Below, piece after piece: positions 1-13,924 of a DNA stretch of 64,000 nt. The stretch comes from Lama glama. Its lineage: Eukaryota. The notes under the pieces are model-generated. The model was given only the letters and a program-made list of their open reading frames with translations, was not told the origin of the DNA and did no database searches. The first letter of the stretch is position 1; each line of letters starts with the position of its first letter. Location: contig CM052816.1 in the NCBI GenBank assembly GCA_028534125.1, positions 33,916,001 through 33,980,000 on the forward strand, read 5' to 3'. The position numbers were made by a program, and so were the translations under genes.

Positions 1-25
1 AGACAGAATATTTCACAAAACTAAA

Positions 26-236
26 GCAATGTTTTCAAACTGTTTTGACTGAGACCTATTGAAGGAAATAATGTTTTGTATTGCAACCCAGCACACATAA
101 TACACATTCATTTGTATACTGAAACAAGAAACTGTGATGTACTATAATATTTTCTCTTTTGTTTTACTTAAAAACTGCCTCTCAGTTGATTTCATGACTC
201 ACTTAAGGGGCATGACTTGCAATTTGAAAAATATTA
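26..236. mobile_element. Probable hAT-type DNA transposon remnant (MITE-like)
   Basis: Degenerate terminal inverted repeats caatgttttcaaact ... aatttgaaaaatatt about 210 bp apart. Confidence 0.4.
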
Positions 237-497
237 TTCTAAAGGACATAGAAGAAAATAGCATTCAGTTTTGGTCATTATATATAATGTAGAGATGATT
301 TATGACTTTTTTTTTTGCTGAACCAGTATTTCAGCCTAGGTATAAGTGTGTTACAGTTATTTCAAAGGCACATAATCTCAAGTGAATTTGAAATGGTCTC
401 ATCAAAACCAAATGTAATAATAAAATGGTTTATTTTCCGTATGGTTTTTAAACATTTATTGATACAACATAAAAATGCTTTTCTCTTTCTCTCTTGA

Positions 498-626
<129 letters not shown>

Positions 627-711
627 TAGAAATGTTTTATGTTATATTTTGAGAAGCTCAGACTCTCATGATACAGAGCATAAGCTGTATTTTATTTTTC
701 TTGTAAGATAA

Positions 712-826
712 TAGGTGCAGTGTTGAAGAGCACAGGTTCGGGGCCAGACTGCATGGGTTTTACTTTTAAATTTCCTACTTAACTAAACGTATGACCTTGT
801 CCATGTCTCAGTTTTCTCATTTGTAA
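712..826 (+). mobile_element. MIR SINE fragment
   Basis: gtgcagtgttgaagagcacagg...ccagactgcatgggtt...tgaccttg...tctcagttttctcatttgtaa resembles the MIR 5' part and core. Confidence 0.75.
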
Positions 827-869
827 TACTATTGACCCCAATGGATTTCAAGAAAGTCAAAAATCATAT

Positions 870-1860
870 GGTAGTAAGGTTAACACTGGTGGCAATGGAG
901 AAGCTGGACTGCAGTAAGGAGAGAGTGGACCAAGGGGTCAATTAGCTATGACATAGGCAAGAGAAGTTAAGGATATGAATACTGAAATGAAAATGGATAA
1001 AGAGTTTTGAAAAATGTTTAGGAGATTAAAAAAAAACCAAAACACTGGACCTGGTGATCAGTTGGACCTAAGCTATATATAAGGGTAAGTGAGAAATTCA
1101 GGAGGAATCTTAAGTTCTACATACTGACTACTAAGGTCAAGATAATGGTGCTCTAAATTGACAACATTTTGGAGAAACATGGGGACATAGTGAATTTTGA
1201 AGTTGACTCAGGTGTATATAACCAGCCAGTGGTTGGAAGTAGGAAAATAAGGGAAGCCTGGGGCTCACTTACCACATGGTGGTTAACATGGATGGTTTGC
1301 CAGTCACCCACCCGTGTTACCGTGCATGAGCTAACCTGGGAATGAGAGGTGGTGGTGAGGAGAGATTTATTCTAGGGGTAGATTCTTGAGGAACATAAAC
1401 ATTTAATAGATTATTGGAGTGATAGGCATCAATCAGTAAAGGAGGATTTAGGGAAATAGGAGGGAGTGATGATATAGAAATTCAAACAGGGGAGATTCAG
1501 GAAAATCAACATTATCAAGAGCTGTAGAAGTATTAAATAACAGGAGATCTGAAAGTGGTGGTGGGTTTCTGTAGTCAGAAAGTCACTGTTCTTGGGAGCA
1601 TTCCCCAGGGAAGCACAGTTCAGATTGAAGATAAAGAATAAAGAAAACATTTAGGCTTAAGATAGAGATGGTGAACTATTTTAAAAAAGCTTAGCTATGA
1701 AAGGAAGGAGAAATAATGTCAATTGGATGAAAAAACAAGGTCAAAAGAAGAGAAGATTAATATGTTGTGGAGTAAGAGATGAAGAGACTCACGATACAAG
1801 AAAGGGGATAATATTTGATGGGAAAAGTCAGGCAGGAGGCTGTAGAAGGAAAGAGTGGAG
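870..1860 (-). mobile_element. L2 LINE fragment
   Basis: Long purine-rich stretch with L2 antisense-like motifs (gtttaggagatt...ggacctggtgatcagttgga; gataatggtgctc; tcagaaagtcactg). Confidence 0.65.
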
Positions 1861-2804
1861 TGTTTTGGATAAAAGTTTTGTTACGAAGCAAAGACGAACC
1901 TGTAGATTGGCAGAATAGGAACTTCTGTCTATCATATCACTTGTTTTGATTTCATCATTGTTAGAAATTTTGTTTAACTCCTCACAATATTCAGCATAGT
2001 GATTCATCAAATATTCAGTGGCAAATAAATTTTGCAAAATTATTTAAATAAAACCTCAAGTTCTCACATTAGCTTGTTATTGTTGAGATCTCAAGAACAC
2101 CAACTTCTTTGTTTTATATAAGGATAAAATCCTCAGATTTTGCCATCTTTTCAAGTACTGTTAAGTAGAGCCTTCGTTAGGCTACATCTCCGTCAACAGG
2201 CTGATCCTACCTGAGGCTGTCAGCTACTGCTACCTATCAGTACAGCCATCCAGTAGGAGAGTGGTTATTACTAATCTTTCCACTATGTCAATGGCCTGAA
2301 ACCCAAAGATTGTTTAAAAGTTTGTAAAAAAACAACAGCACAAAAATAGTTCTGTTAAATATGAGATAGTCTTATGTTGAATGATGTTAATTATTGCTAT
2401 GGTTAAACTATATACGTTTAAAAATGATCAACAACATCTTGAAAAGAAACGAGAATGTTGGGTTAAAAACAATGACACTGATCACAATTTCACAGTATCT
2501 GTTATAAATAGAGTAATATATTCTAACTTAACTTATTTTCAACTGGAAGTTTCCAAGGATTGTTGTGCAGTGACTATATTTAATTGGGCATTCAACCATT
2601 ATGCAATTGCTGTTCTGAATTATATAAATGCTTATGTATGAATTATTTACCTTGTAGTTTTCCATTTTACCACCAGGGGTCACACATAACATTATTAATC
2701 TTCAGTAGAAAGGAACACGCACAGCAGTTTCAGCCTCTAAGTACTGAATTTAATTATATTTTAATAACTAAAAGACAAATGAAACACAATGCAAATATTA
2801 ATGA

Positions 2805-3017
<213 letters not shown>

Positions 3018-3639
3018 TAGTGTATGATGAATCAGATTATTATGATTAATCATGCTTGCTGATTCAGTAATATTGATGAAGATGCACTTACAATGCGGGA
3101 GGAGTGAACAGCACAGACACTATAAAGTCATGCAGCCTTATGCACCTTTCCTGGACAGTAGATAGTAAGATCATATTGATGCCCAACTGCTACTGCCATA
3201 GTACCTTCTTCCTTACAGATTCTGTCTCAGCTGGTTAATTGAAAATTGCAATACAATTTAGACTGACTTCTAAATGGACATTTAATGATACTACTTCTTT
3301 ATTAAAGGAAGAATGTGTAAAGTGCAGGCTATTAATGAGAGCAAGTGTAATATTTTTATGCTTCCATAATTCATATGTAATATTTAATATATTATTAAAA
3401 TCAACTGATTTTTTAAAATGGTTCCAAATTGAGGCATTAAATGAATCCCTAGTATATGAAAAATCTCCTCTTAATTTCTAACTCAGATATTGGTGATCAA
3501 CATTGGAGAAAACTAGCTGTCCAATTATATAATTAAAAAGGATGTTATTTTAAAGCTTAAAAAATGTTTTATCAGTAAATATACACCCTAAGATATTGAG
3601 CAACAAAAAAAGCACTGACTACAAAGAGGAAAAACCTGC

Positions 3640-3843
3640 TCACCAAGTGACTGTGTGATTCAGAGGAGGTCCATTAAGCTCTGCAAATCCCCATTTGCAC
3701 TTACTTTTAAAAAAGACATCACCACCACCACCATAATCATCATCATATTCTCCCTGACTAATCTACAGGGTTGTTGTGGAGATTGTAAAAACATGTACCT
3801 TGTAAATTATTAAAGAGCCATGCAAACACAAATAGTGATTATT
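3640..3843 (+). mobile_element. MIR SINE fragment
   Basis: gactgtgtgattc...ctacagggttgttgtggagattgtaa resembles the MIR core and 3' part. Confidence 0.55.
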
Positions 3844-5616
3844 GAAAAATATACTTAGGAACTCACTTTAGCTTAGGCAGTTAAATACAACAATTTTCAT
3901 CTAAGGATATGACTATGCTGACTAATTGTGCTTAACTATGTAGTTAATTGCGCCTAACTTAATGTACTGATGATTTGAGTGTTTCTTTTAAACAAGTGAG
4001 ATACTCTGAAATCTTGGCAACATGACTGTTAGGTTGTGAGGCAGGCAGTCTTTGATGTTGATTCTGCTGCTCCTTAAGAGTCAGTCTGTTTTTGTTGCTC
4101 TTGCTGCACGTCCACGGCAAGGAAATGGAAGGCTACTGCCGTCCAGCTTGGTCTGAACCAGAAGGGGTGAAAATGTCAACACATGAAAAGAATGTGTCTG
4201 CTTAGAATGCTATGTCACTAATTCTTTGTGCTTTTTCCACCTTTTAGAACAAAGGGCACAGTTTGAATCTTTTCTGTTTAGCTCTATACTAGAGATTCTG
4301 TGAAGGGATTATAACAGGTTTTAGCCTATCAGATTTATTGCCCTCCTTTTTCTCCTCCCATTACCTTATAATACAGAGAATATAAAAGAGAGTGTAGCCA
4401 CAGTGCTCCTCGAAATTGCTGGTTCAGCTAACTGATTCAGGGCTTGATGGCATAGTTCAACCAGTTTCAGCCAGTTTTTCCAGTATGGCTTAATCTTAAG
4501 CCAGCTTCCCCAGTTCAGTAGAGTATTTGCCCATTCAATACCCATCTCTCTTAATTTCTGGAAGAAGAAAGGAGAAAAAAGGAAGGAAACTGGGGATATA
4601 AAAGATGCATCTGTATTTATCCTCTCTCCCTACTTTACTATTAGTATGCTATAGCAGAGGATTTGTGGCTTTATTCCTACAGCTCTTATTCTCCAGTAAT
4701 GCTAGAATGTCCATAATAGCATATTTTGACCACTGTAAAATATTTTGAATACATTTATAAGCACTGGAGTAAAAACGTAATTATTTGTTTTCAAAGTACT
4801 GCTTTAAAATGGTTGAAAATAAAATAAAAGGAATTCTGTAGGATATAGACATTAGGATACACACGATATGGGTGTTGTTTCTTTATAAGAATAGGAAATT
4901 GCCTTTCCCTGCTGCTGGAACCCATTTCTCCTTTTCATGTCCTTTCAAGCTGAACTGGACACAGGGTTTCCATCGACTTTGACAAATGATACACTTGAAT
5001 TGGCTTTGTGGATTGCAGAGCCAGGACATTGGATTGAGTTTTCCATTCTTCCTTTGCTCAGCTGAATTTGCTAAGCACAGTTGTCACACGATAAGAACAA
5101 CATAGTTCTTTGGAGAAGGTGGAGTCAAACTCAACTGAAATGCTGTAGACCATTTACTAAATAGTTGCATTCACCCTAAAGTACAAATAGTTTTCTGAAA
5201 ATTGGGAAACATAGACAGTTTACATTCAGATGTATTAGCAATCTTATCCTCTAGTGAGTTAAGTACTCAGTAAGCCAAAGGCATTATCAAAATTTGGATC
5301 TTTTTTTTTTTGCTGTACTGTTATTGTAAATGGTTACTAGGAATTGGGTTGGACTGAGACACAAGTTCTTTGAAATTAGCAGCATTACGCTATGATTCAT
5401 GTCTTGTTACTCAGGTAACACATTTGTATTGAGAGGTCCTTTCATGGCAATGCCAACCATCCCCAAATGGTTGAAAACAAGCTTGAAACTCAAAAAGCTG
5501 TCTTTGAGCAGCCATAATAGAGCACATGCTTTAGAGTTTTGTTTTTGTTTTTAATAAAAAAGAGCCTGGCCAGATGCTTAGAGCTTTTGTACTTAAATTT
5601 GCACAAAATTCAAGCT

Positions 5617-5980
5617 GATACGGTTATTGAATTCTCAGCCAAGAGCAGATTAGCAACACTTCAGTAGGTGGGCTGTCCATCTTGGAATCTCTGCTCTGCC
5701 CACCATCCCCGACAGTGAGAACCAGTTCCAAGGACTTAGCCTTGAGAAAGTTATGTGTTGCTGAGACCATCTGGGTGGTAAATGTGATTGAACCCAGATA
5801 AAGACTCTACATAAACTTTAAGATTCTGGCGGGCAGGTGTGGAGATCTACTCTTGCTGCTGCCCAAGACAAGGCTCCTATGTAAGTTTCCATGCTTATTA
5901 AACCTGCCACCTGCCAATCAGGAGTGGTCTGCCTCTTCCTCAGGTCTCCCCTTGCCGTCTATGTACGGGGTCCAGCAAGT
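5617..5980 (+). mobile_element. Solo LTR, probably ERV1-class
   Basis: GC-richer ~360-bp block with a TATA-like ctacataaac, then ttccatgcttATTAAAcctgccacc and a U5-like ggagtggtctgcctcttcc. Confidence 0.6.
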
Positions 5981-6200
5981 AGGGGAGGTGAAAGAACTAT
6001 AGGAAGCGGTCATAAAACCAAAAAAAAAAAAAAAAAAAAGACGGAAGAGGAGACAAAGTTCTAGTTCTCTGGGAGTCATTTAATGCAGTGCTTAGTATTT
6101 TTCAAACTATCTGTGTATCTGTGTAGAGGGTAAAAGATCCCCCTACACTTAAAAACAAAACAAAACAAAACTCCAAAGCATCCCAAACTGATAACTTTTT

Positions 6201-6289
6201 TTTTAAATGGAGGGACTGGGGATTGAACTCAGGACCTCATGCATGCTAAACACGCACTCTATCACTGAGCTATACCCTCCCCTCTACAG
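6201..6289 (-). mobile_element. tRNA-Ala-derived SINE (camelid vic-1 type) with 14-bp TSD
   Basis: Minus strand reads gggagggtatagctcagtgatagagtgcgtgtttagcatgcatgaggtcctgagttcaatccccagtccctcca plus an A-tail, with A and B boxes. Perfect direct repeat actgataacttttt at 6187-6200 and 6290-6303. Confidence 0.9.
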
Positions 6290-6732
6290 ACTGATAACTT
6301 TTTAAAACTACAATAATAATGAACTAGTAAAAATAAAGACATAAATAGGTAAGCACAATTTTTGTCATTAGCCTGAAAATAAAAATAACTGTCAAATTTT
6401 ATAAATTTTCTAAGTATATATTATTTTTGTACTATAGTTAAGAGTTTTCAGATGAGTGGGACTGATTTAGTGTTAAGGCAGAGAAGTCTACACCACCCAA
6501 GATCTCTCAGAGCATTGTTCCCTGTTGGTCTACTACACTGATGAGGTACATGATGGTGGCATTAAATCACATTATCATCACCATTCTATTAATTCATTCT
6601 AGTTTGGCAAATATATTTTTTTCTTTTGCAAAAATAAAAAAGCAGTCAAGAAACTTTGGCAAGATTTCCAGGCAAATGCTTGAGATACATAAGGGTGAGA
6701 CATAAGCCTCACTTACCTGGAAAATTCCCAGG

Positions 6733-7163
6733 TGTGTCAGGTTCATGTGCTCTTAAGGATGCTGGTGCCCTTTGGGAGCACATGCGCAGTTGGGCAAATT
6801 GGTTTTATTATTTGTGGTAGAGAGAAAGCACACGGGAAGTCTGTAATTTCACAGTCAGAGGGTGCTAGAATTAATCTTTATAGGAGTTGGACTTAGGTTG
6901 AGTGATTTGGGGGAGGCTTTAAAGAAGCAGGGGTTCTCTCTAGATTTGATGCTTTCAGAAAGAAGGGGCATTTCTGATTGAGATTTTATAGGTGGCTCAG
7001 TGACTTTTTGTCTGTGCTTACGAAAAAATCAAGTGGCTTTATTTATTTATCACAAGCTCAGGGTAGTATTGCCTGAGGTTGACATTGTGTGAGTTTATAC
7101 CCAACAGGAGAACAAAATGACCTGGCTGTAAGCGCCTGACCAGTTGGTAATAATGTTGATATC
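6733..7163 (-). mobile_element. Old solo LTR remnant (ERV; family not determined)
   Basis: ~430-bp block with an antisense poly(A)-signal-like ttttatt near 6805 and LTR-like composition; begins tgt, ends tca. Confidence 0.45.
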
Positions 7164-8586
7164 AAATCAGTTTGGGAAATCAGAGGCTGCTATATTTCTT
7201 TTTCAATGATAAGTAAAAATAGTATCATATAAAACTGGAAAGAAAACTTATATCTTGTTCATTATCTAAATCCTGATGTTTCTTCGCCAAATGCTTTTGG
7301 GAGTTTTCTCTGGTGAAGGTGCATCAGTTTGTTAATGAGAATTTTTGACCTAACGAAATAGTCTATGTAGTCATGCAATGTACATGATTGGAAGGAAAAA
7401 AGAAGTGCTGATTGTCTTAAATTAGTTAGTCAAGGCATCCACAGGTTTCCAAACATATCTACGTATATATGTATTCAGAATGTTTGCACCAGGAGGGATG
7501 TCAGGCATCCAGGCTGAGGCTTCTAGAGCAATTTGAGAAAATAATTTCATTTATATGGGTTCTATTTTGGATGGAGACTCTACCACAAAGCAGAAAATAG
7601 AGTTATTCGGATGAAATATGTGCATCTACTGAAGTCTGCATGTCTCATTCTGATGTCTTACATTATTTTCAAATAAAGCTTTTCTGTGCAGTATTCTAAC
7701 ATTCCAAACACTGACTCATTTCCGTTTGCCTTTCTGGAGATTGTTCCCCTAAGTCAGTAGCCTTGTGTAGAAACTTTATCTACTCCTGCCTTTATTTCCA
7801 GCATCTGAGTTCCTGACATAAGGTAGATGAATACACATCTGTGGGACTTAACAGTTTACTAGAAATTAAAATGTCTTAGTTTCAAATTTATGAGCTTGTG
7901 GCCTTCTAAAAGTACGCAACATGAAAATCTTGTTTAAATTGTAGTCTTGATGTAATTTTGTATAAAAAATGAAAATTATGGAGTCCTTTGGAATCTAAGT
8001 ATTTCTTTTGAGCATAAAAGAATAAAATATCAGCTAAGTTAGTAACTTGAGTATACATCATAGGATGTGCATTTGAAGTTTTACGGTTGACTAAAATGCA
8101 ATGCTAGTGCTATGTTATCATTGTCTAAAAATCAAGTTTCTTTGTACAAATTTTTTTAGTAGACCAATTAAATCTATGCAACTATTAGGAAGCATTCTAA
8201 GGAAAAAACAGATAAATAGCCCATTTGTTTTCTGAATTGTTAGGGTTTTAGAATAGTTACTGAGCAGACATTGATCATGTCCAGCTAGGCAATATTTTGG
8301 TCCTTAAGTGAAAATCCACATTTTAAAACCTAATTTGCTGTTTGATCATTAGTCAGACTCTCCCCATCCTCTCCCCTGGGTGTCAGGGAGAACTAAGTCA
8401 TATAGGTTTTAAGAAGCACAGTTGTATGTAGTAGTTGTCCCATAGAGGATACAGAATTTTTCCTGCTGTAGAACTAATGTCATTGAATACAAGGCATCCA
8501 TGTGACAATATATGAAGACACTAGGTTCAGGTTAACTATGTATACTTACAGAAATGTATTTGAGTAAATCACTCCACTTGGCATAA

Positions 8587-8838
<252 letters not shown>

Positions 8839-10746
8839 TAAGAGGGATCCTATAAATCCAAAATAACTCCTGGAGAAACCTTTGTGTTTAAATGTTAAAT
8901 AACCTTTGTACTTAAATGTTAATCACACCTTAGTTGACTATGAAAAAAATTTATAATCTCAGTTCCAAAGGCAAGGGCAATTTATATATTTTGTATTAGT
9001 TCATTTCATCAATAAATTGTTCTTATCTTTTTTTTTTTTGACTAGAGGAGCATATTGCAGTGATTGTCTCTATTAAAGGAAATTTGTAACTGATAAGAAG
9101 TTCATTCCTACATTTAAAACATCCTTTTGTTTTCCAAGTTGTTAAACACCACTGAAGTACAGTTTATTATCCTTGGAGGAAATATGCTAAGATGCTCTTT
9201 CTTTATGCCTTACTTGTAAAGTATAACAAAAATGAATCTTGACTGATAAGTGTTACTTTCCTCCTGTACATACATTAATTTGAAAAGGGGAAAAAGAAAT
9301 CTTTAACTACTACAAAGGAGGGCATGGGTTCAATGGAGGAAAAAAGAGTTTTAAAGGAGTATTTCTGAGGAAGTATTTCTGAGGAAATTGATCGGAAGGT
9401 ATTTCTTTCCAATCTTTGAGGACAGTCAGAGATTTGAATTCCTTTTCCACTAACAATAATAATAATCTGTCATGCCATAGCAAGTTGCAAATCCAATTGT
9501 GATAGTTTTTCTTCAAATTCTAGTTTTTAAAGCTCTGGCACCCATTCTGCACCAACCAATTAGTATATCTGAATTCTAAGAATCTGGTGCATTCCTTATG
9601 AATGAAAGCTGTTTTCCCACTTTCATTGGGAAGTTATGGGGATTCTAGACCAAGTAAAGACTTCTGGAGAATGGCTTAGAGCTTGCCTAATTTCCTAGAC
9701 ATAGCCTGGTTTAGAAGAGAGTTAATCAAGAACTTACTCTGTCTCAGGGTCAGATGGGAGAAACCTACTCAGTGTTGCAGTTAACAGAGATTATAATTCT
9801 TTTACCTTTAAAAACTAAGGATAGTATCCTTAAACAGGAAAACCATAATGCAAATAGAATATATTTATTATATCAATACAGAATATAATTTTAATAAATA
9901 TATGTTAATACAGAACAGCTAAGTACAACAAAAATTAGAGATTCTCATTGGTGCAAAATTAGGGTATTCTGAAAGCTATGGATTCTTTCAGACAACTATT
10001 ATAGAAAATAAGTTGTAGGGGATTTGGATATACAATTCAGTTTCCAAAAGGACAAACAACTAGAAAAACTAGTTCTTGGAAGACTCTAACTTGATTTAAA
10101 AATAACAAATTATATTTTAACATGTAAAAGTAAATATTGTGTTACTTTGTCATATTTATTTTTGAAACACTCTAATTACCAAATAAGCACATTTAGGTAA
10201 GTGCTGAGATAGTAAAAATGGCTGATTAAGAGTATCTAATTCTGAACGTTAAGGAATTGTTTATTTAACTAATTTTTGGTTTTACTATATTGCTTCAACA
10301 TTGATTTAATTTTCAGTTATTTCTGAATAACCTTTTTTTTTTAATTTAGTATTTTATAGATTTAGGGTTGTTGGAGATAATACAAGGGTATTCTTACTTT
10401 ACAAATGGAGAAACTGGGGCCAAGTTTATTAGTCTTACTAGTGACTGGGACCAAATTGCCAGGGTGAGTGTAGCATTCTCTCAGTACAACATCCCACTGT
10501 CATTCTGGCTGCATTATTAAGGAGGTAACTGCTTTGAGGCATCTTGTCATTGAATCCTGGCTTCTCTTTTTCTGGGAGTACATTGTGGAAATCAAGTGTG
10601 GGAGGGAAAGTCAGAGTGAAGATAATGCTGAATGAACAGAAGGATAAATTGAAAAAAAAATAGTGAAACATAGTGACTGTTTCTAATAGAAAGGAAAAAG
10701 TAATTGTTTAAAAGAGCACTGCCAAATAGTTTTGATTATACTTCTT

Positions 10747-13700
10747 TTAAATATATTTTTAATTGAAGTATAGTTGATTTACAATGTTGTGTCAATTTCT
10801 GGTGTGCAGTATAATGCTTCAGTCATATATGAGCATACATATATTTTCATATTCTTTTTCACCATAAGTTACTACAAGATAATTGAATATAGTTCCCTGT
10901 GCTATACAGTATGAACTTGTTTATCTATTTTATATATAGTAGTATCTGCAAATCTTGAACTCCCAACTTATCCCTCCACCCACACCCCAACCATAAGCTT
11001 GTTTTCTATGTCTGTGAGTCTCTGTCTATTTTGTAAGTAAGGTCGTGTGTCTTTTTTCTGGATTCCACATATAAGTGATATCATATGGTATTTTTCTGGT
11101 TTGATAATCTTTTGTATTAGTTTGGTTTCTTTTTGGTTTTTGTGACTCTATTGTATGCTTTTCATTTGTGGTTATCCTGTGTTTCAAGTGCGTTAATGCC
11201 TTACTATATCTGTTTGCTTTAGACTGATAGTCTTGTAGGCTCAAACACATCCTAAAAAGAATGAAGGGAAAGAAAAAAAGAGAGAGAAATCTATATTTTC
11301 TTGCTCCTCTCTCCCACCTTTTATGATTTTGATGATTTTGATTTTTTTAAAAACATCTTCATGTTTATCCTCTTGCAACTCATTATAGTTATCACATTTC
11401 CAGTTACAGTTTTCTCATTTCTATAGCTTCCTGGTGCTTTTCTATTTAGAGTAGACATTTCAATATTTCTTTTAGGATAGATTTAGTGTTGCTGAACTCT
11501 TAGATTTTCCTCATCTGTGAAATTCTTGATCTCTCCTCCCACTCTAAAGGATAGTCTTGCCAGATAGAGTATTCTAGGTTGCAGCCTTTTCTCATTTGGA
11601 CTTTGAATAGATCTTGCCACTCCTTCTGGCCTGCAGTGTTTGTGAAGAGAAATCAGCTGAAAGCCTTGTGGGGGTTCCCCTGTACCTCTTTGTTTTTCTC
11701 TTGCTGTCATTAAAATCATTTCTTTATCTCTAACTTTGGCCATCTGAATTACAATATGTCTTGGTATAGGTCTATTTAGATTCTTCTTGTTTGGGAGCCT
11801 CTGTGCTTCCTATACTTGGAAATCTGTTTCCTTCTTTAAGTTTGGAAAGTTTTCAGTAATGATTTCTTTGAGTACCTTTTCAATCCCCTTTTCTTTTTCT
11901 TCTTCTGGGACCCCTATTATGTGTAGGTTGGCACATTTTATATTATCCCATAGGTCCCTTATATTGCTGTCATTGGCTTTTACTTGCTTTTCTATCTGCT
12001 GTTCTGACTGGGTGACTTCTGTTATCCTGTCTTCTAAGTCACTTATTCATTCCTCTGCATTATCTAGTCTGCTTTTGGTTGCCTTTAGCTCAGCTCTTAT
12101 CCCAGCCATTGAGTTTTCTGTTCTTGATTGGCTCCTCTTTATAATTTCTATTTCCTTTTTTTTAGTATTCTGTCTCTCTTATTTCCTTCAGTGCTTCTAT
12201 CACCCCCTTTTTGAAGTCATGATCTATAGGCTGTCAAGGTCTATCTCATTGTTCATTCTTTCAGGGGACTTCTCTTGTTCCTTTAATTGGGAGTGGTTCC
12301 TGTGCTTCTTTATTTTACTTATATTTCTTGGGCTGTATGGATTTAGGAGTATCAGTTTTCTACTGTGTTCTTGAAGGGCTGTTTTATTTTTTGCTTGTGT
12401 TTATTTAAAGTGGGAGTGTTCCTGTGTAGCTGGTGTGTGTCTAGTAGTTTTGTTGCAAGGGCTGTTCTTAGAATGGATGGTTGCCATGTCTGTCTGCTGT
12501 GTGTGTTGGCTGTTACCCCTTTGATTGGGGCTGCGGTTGGTGTGGTGATCAGAGCCTGCCCTGATGGTTGTTGTTGAGCGGGGCCTCCTTTTTTGTTCTG
12601 TAGTTGTTACAGCCTTGACGGGGGCTTGGGTCTGCTCCCGTTGCTGGAATAGAGGCTTCTAGACCCGTTTCTGAGCCACGGAGTGTGGTAGGCAGGTTGG
12701 ATCACTTCAGCTGGGAAGCAGAGGTGCTGAATATACCTCCGAGATGTCCACTGGGTGGTGCCCTCTGTGGTGATGTCTGTCACGTGTTATGCGGGCTTAG
12801 AAAGTACTCTTTGTTGATGCTGCCTTTGTCCCTGCCTTAGCTGTGGGCATGTAGGCTGCCCACGCTGGTGTCCCTCAGGTTCTGGGCCCCAGGAACCACC
12901 AGCACAGATCTACCAATGTCAGGTGCTGGGACCCACTGTAGGGAGCAGGAACACACGTGAATCTGTGGTGTGCCACAGGGTCAGCTCAGACCCCAGGCCT
13001 GCCTCCGAGTACCATATGGTATGCTGGCCTGCTGTAAGTAACTGTGCTTGTGCCCGCTATGCACCAAAACTCCACTCACTGCCTGTTCTTCCCAGAGGTG
13101 CAGATCCACAAAGGGTCCAGAAAGAGCAAATCTACTCTCTCTGCCTGGAGCTGTAAACAAATCTCAGTCCTGCCTGTGAAGTTGCAGGGCCACTGGGTGT
13201 GGATTCAGCTTTCATTTCCACCTCCATGCAGCAGCAACAGCTATGACCGGGCCCCACTGCTCTTCTCTTGAGAACATACTGACATTGGAGCCAAGCAGAG
13301 ACAGGGGCTATAGCACGGCTGTGTTGTGCCCCTTCCCCCCAAGCACACCAGCAGTGGTGCTTTTTTATGGGTTTTCTAGGCTGTTCTGTTCCACCCATAC
13401 CCCAAGCCAGAGCTCACACCTCCCTCTAGTCCCCAGAGGCTGCCTCTGTGTAGTGGGCCCCAGCCCTCTCTCTGGGCTCATGCAGATCTCCAGCAGCCAG
13501 TCCTGGCCTGTCCCTGCCAGCTCACGTCTAGAGCTGGGGATCACAGGGAGCCTCTGTGCCAGTTTTTCTTAGTTCTTCTGCCAAGTGCTGCCACATTTTC
13601 CTCTGAGCCTCGGAAGCTCCGCTTCCATCCCTCTTGACCTCTTGGCTGGAGAGTGGGCCCCTCAGCATGAAGGTGCCTTTCTTCCTTTGCTGCTCCCTCC

Positions 13701-13924
13701 GTGCACGACTGTACCTGCACTGATTTTTTTCTTTTTTCTCCTCCCCCTCCTTTTTTTTCTTACCGAATTTTGTTGGAATCCTCCTGGTTTCAAAGTGAGA
13801 GATACTCTGCCAGAGTTCAGTAGGTGTTCCGTGCGATTCAGTTTTGCTTGTAGATTAATTCTTGGTGTATTTGTGGGAGAGGGCAAGCTATGAGTCTCTC
13901 TACTCCGCCTTCTTGACACTTCCC
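10747..13924 (-). mobile_element. L1-derived element: 5'UTR + decayed ORF1 + spacer fused directly to L1 3' end, no ORF2 (half-L1-like)
   Basis: 5' start ggaagtgtcaagaaggcggagtag at ~13923. ORF1 remnant ~12320->11440 includes ILMTAREKQ and LQPRILYLARLSFRVGGEIKNFTD (ORF 11483..11743). Junction at ~11097 leads to agaaaaataccatatgatatcac, the end of ORF2 and the 3'UTR. Flanked by tatacttctt (10737-10746) and tatatttctt (13925-13934). Confidence 0.85.

Noticed and set aside
6205..6285. Possible genuine tRNA-Ala gene
   Set aside because: A-tail, perfect TSD, imperfect arms and a second diverged copy indicate a SINE.
9310..9516. Minus-strand 68-aa ORF ending ...KYFLRNTPLKLFFPP..., reminiscent of a downstream TMEM232 segment as I recall it (…NTLSKLFFPP…)
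   Set aside because: The match is only ~8 low-complexity residues, on the wrong strand, partly created by a 14-bp tandem duplication, with no flanking similarity. Most likely chance. TBLASTN of the TMEM232 C-terminus would settle it.
11787..12374. Longest ORF (195 aa, + strand, hydrophobic)
   Set aside because: Antisense reading of A-rich L1 ORF1; the F/S/L-rich composition is the expected artefact.
12923..13919. Cluster of overlapping ORFs on both strands, including possible ORF0-like antisense ORFs
   Set aside because: All lie in the GC-rich L1 5'UTR where stop codons are scarce, and I recognise no protein homology.
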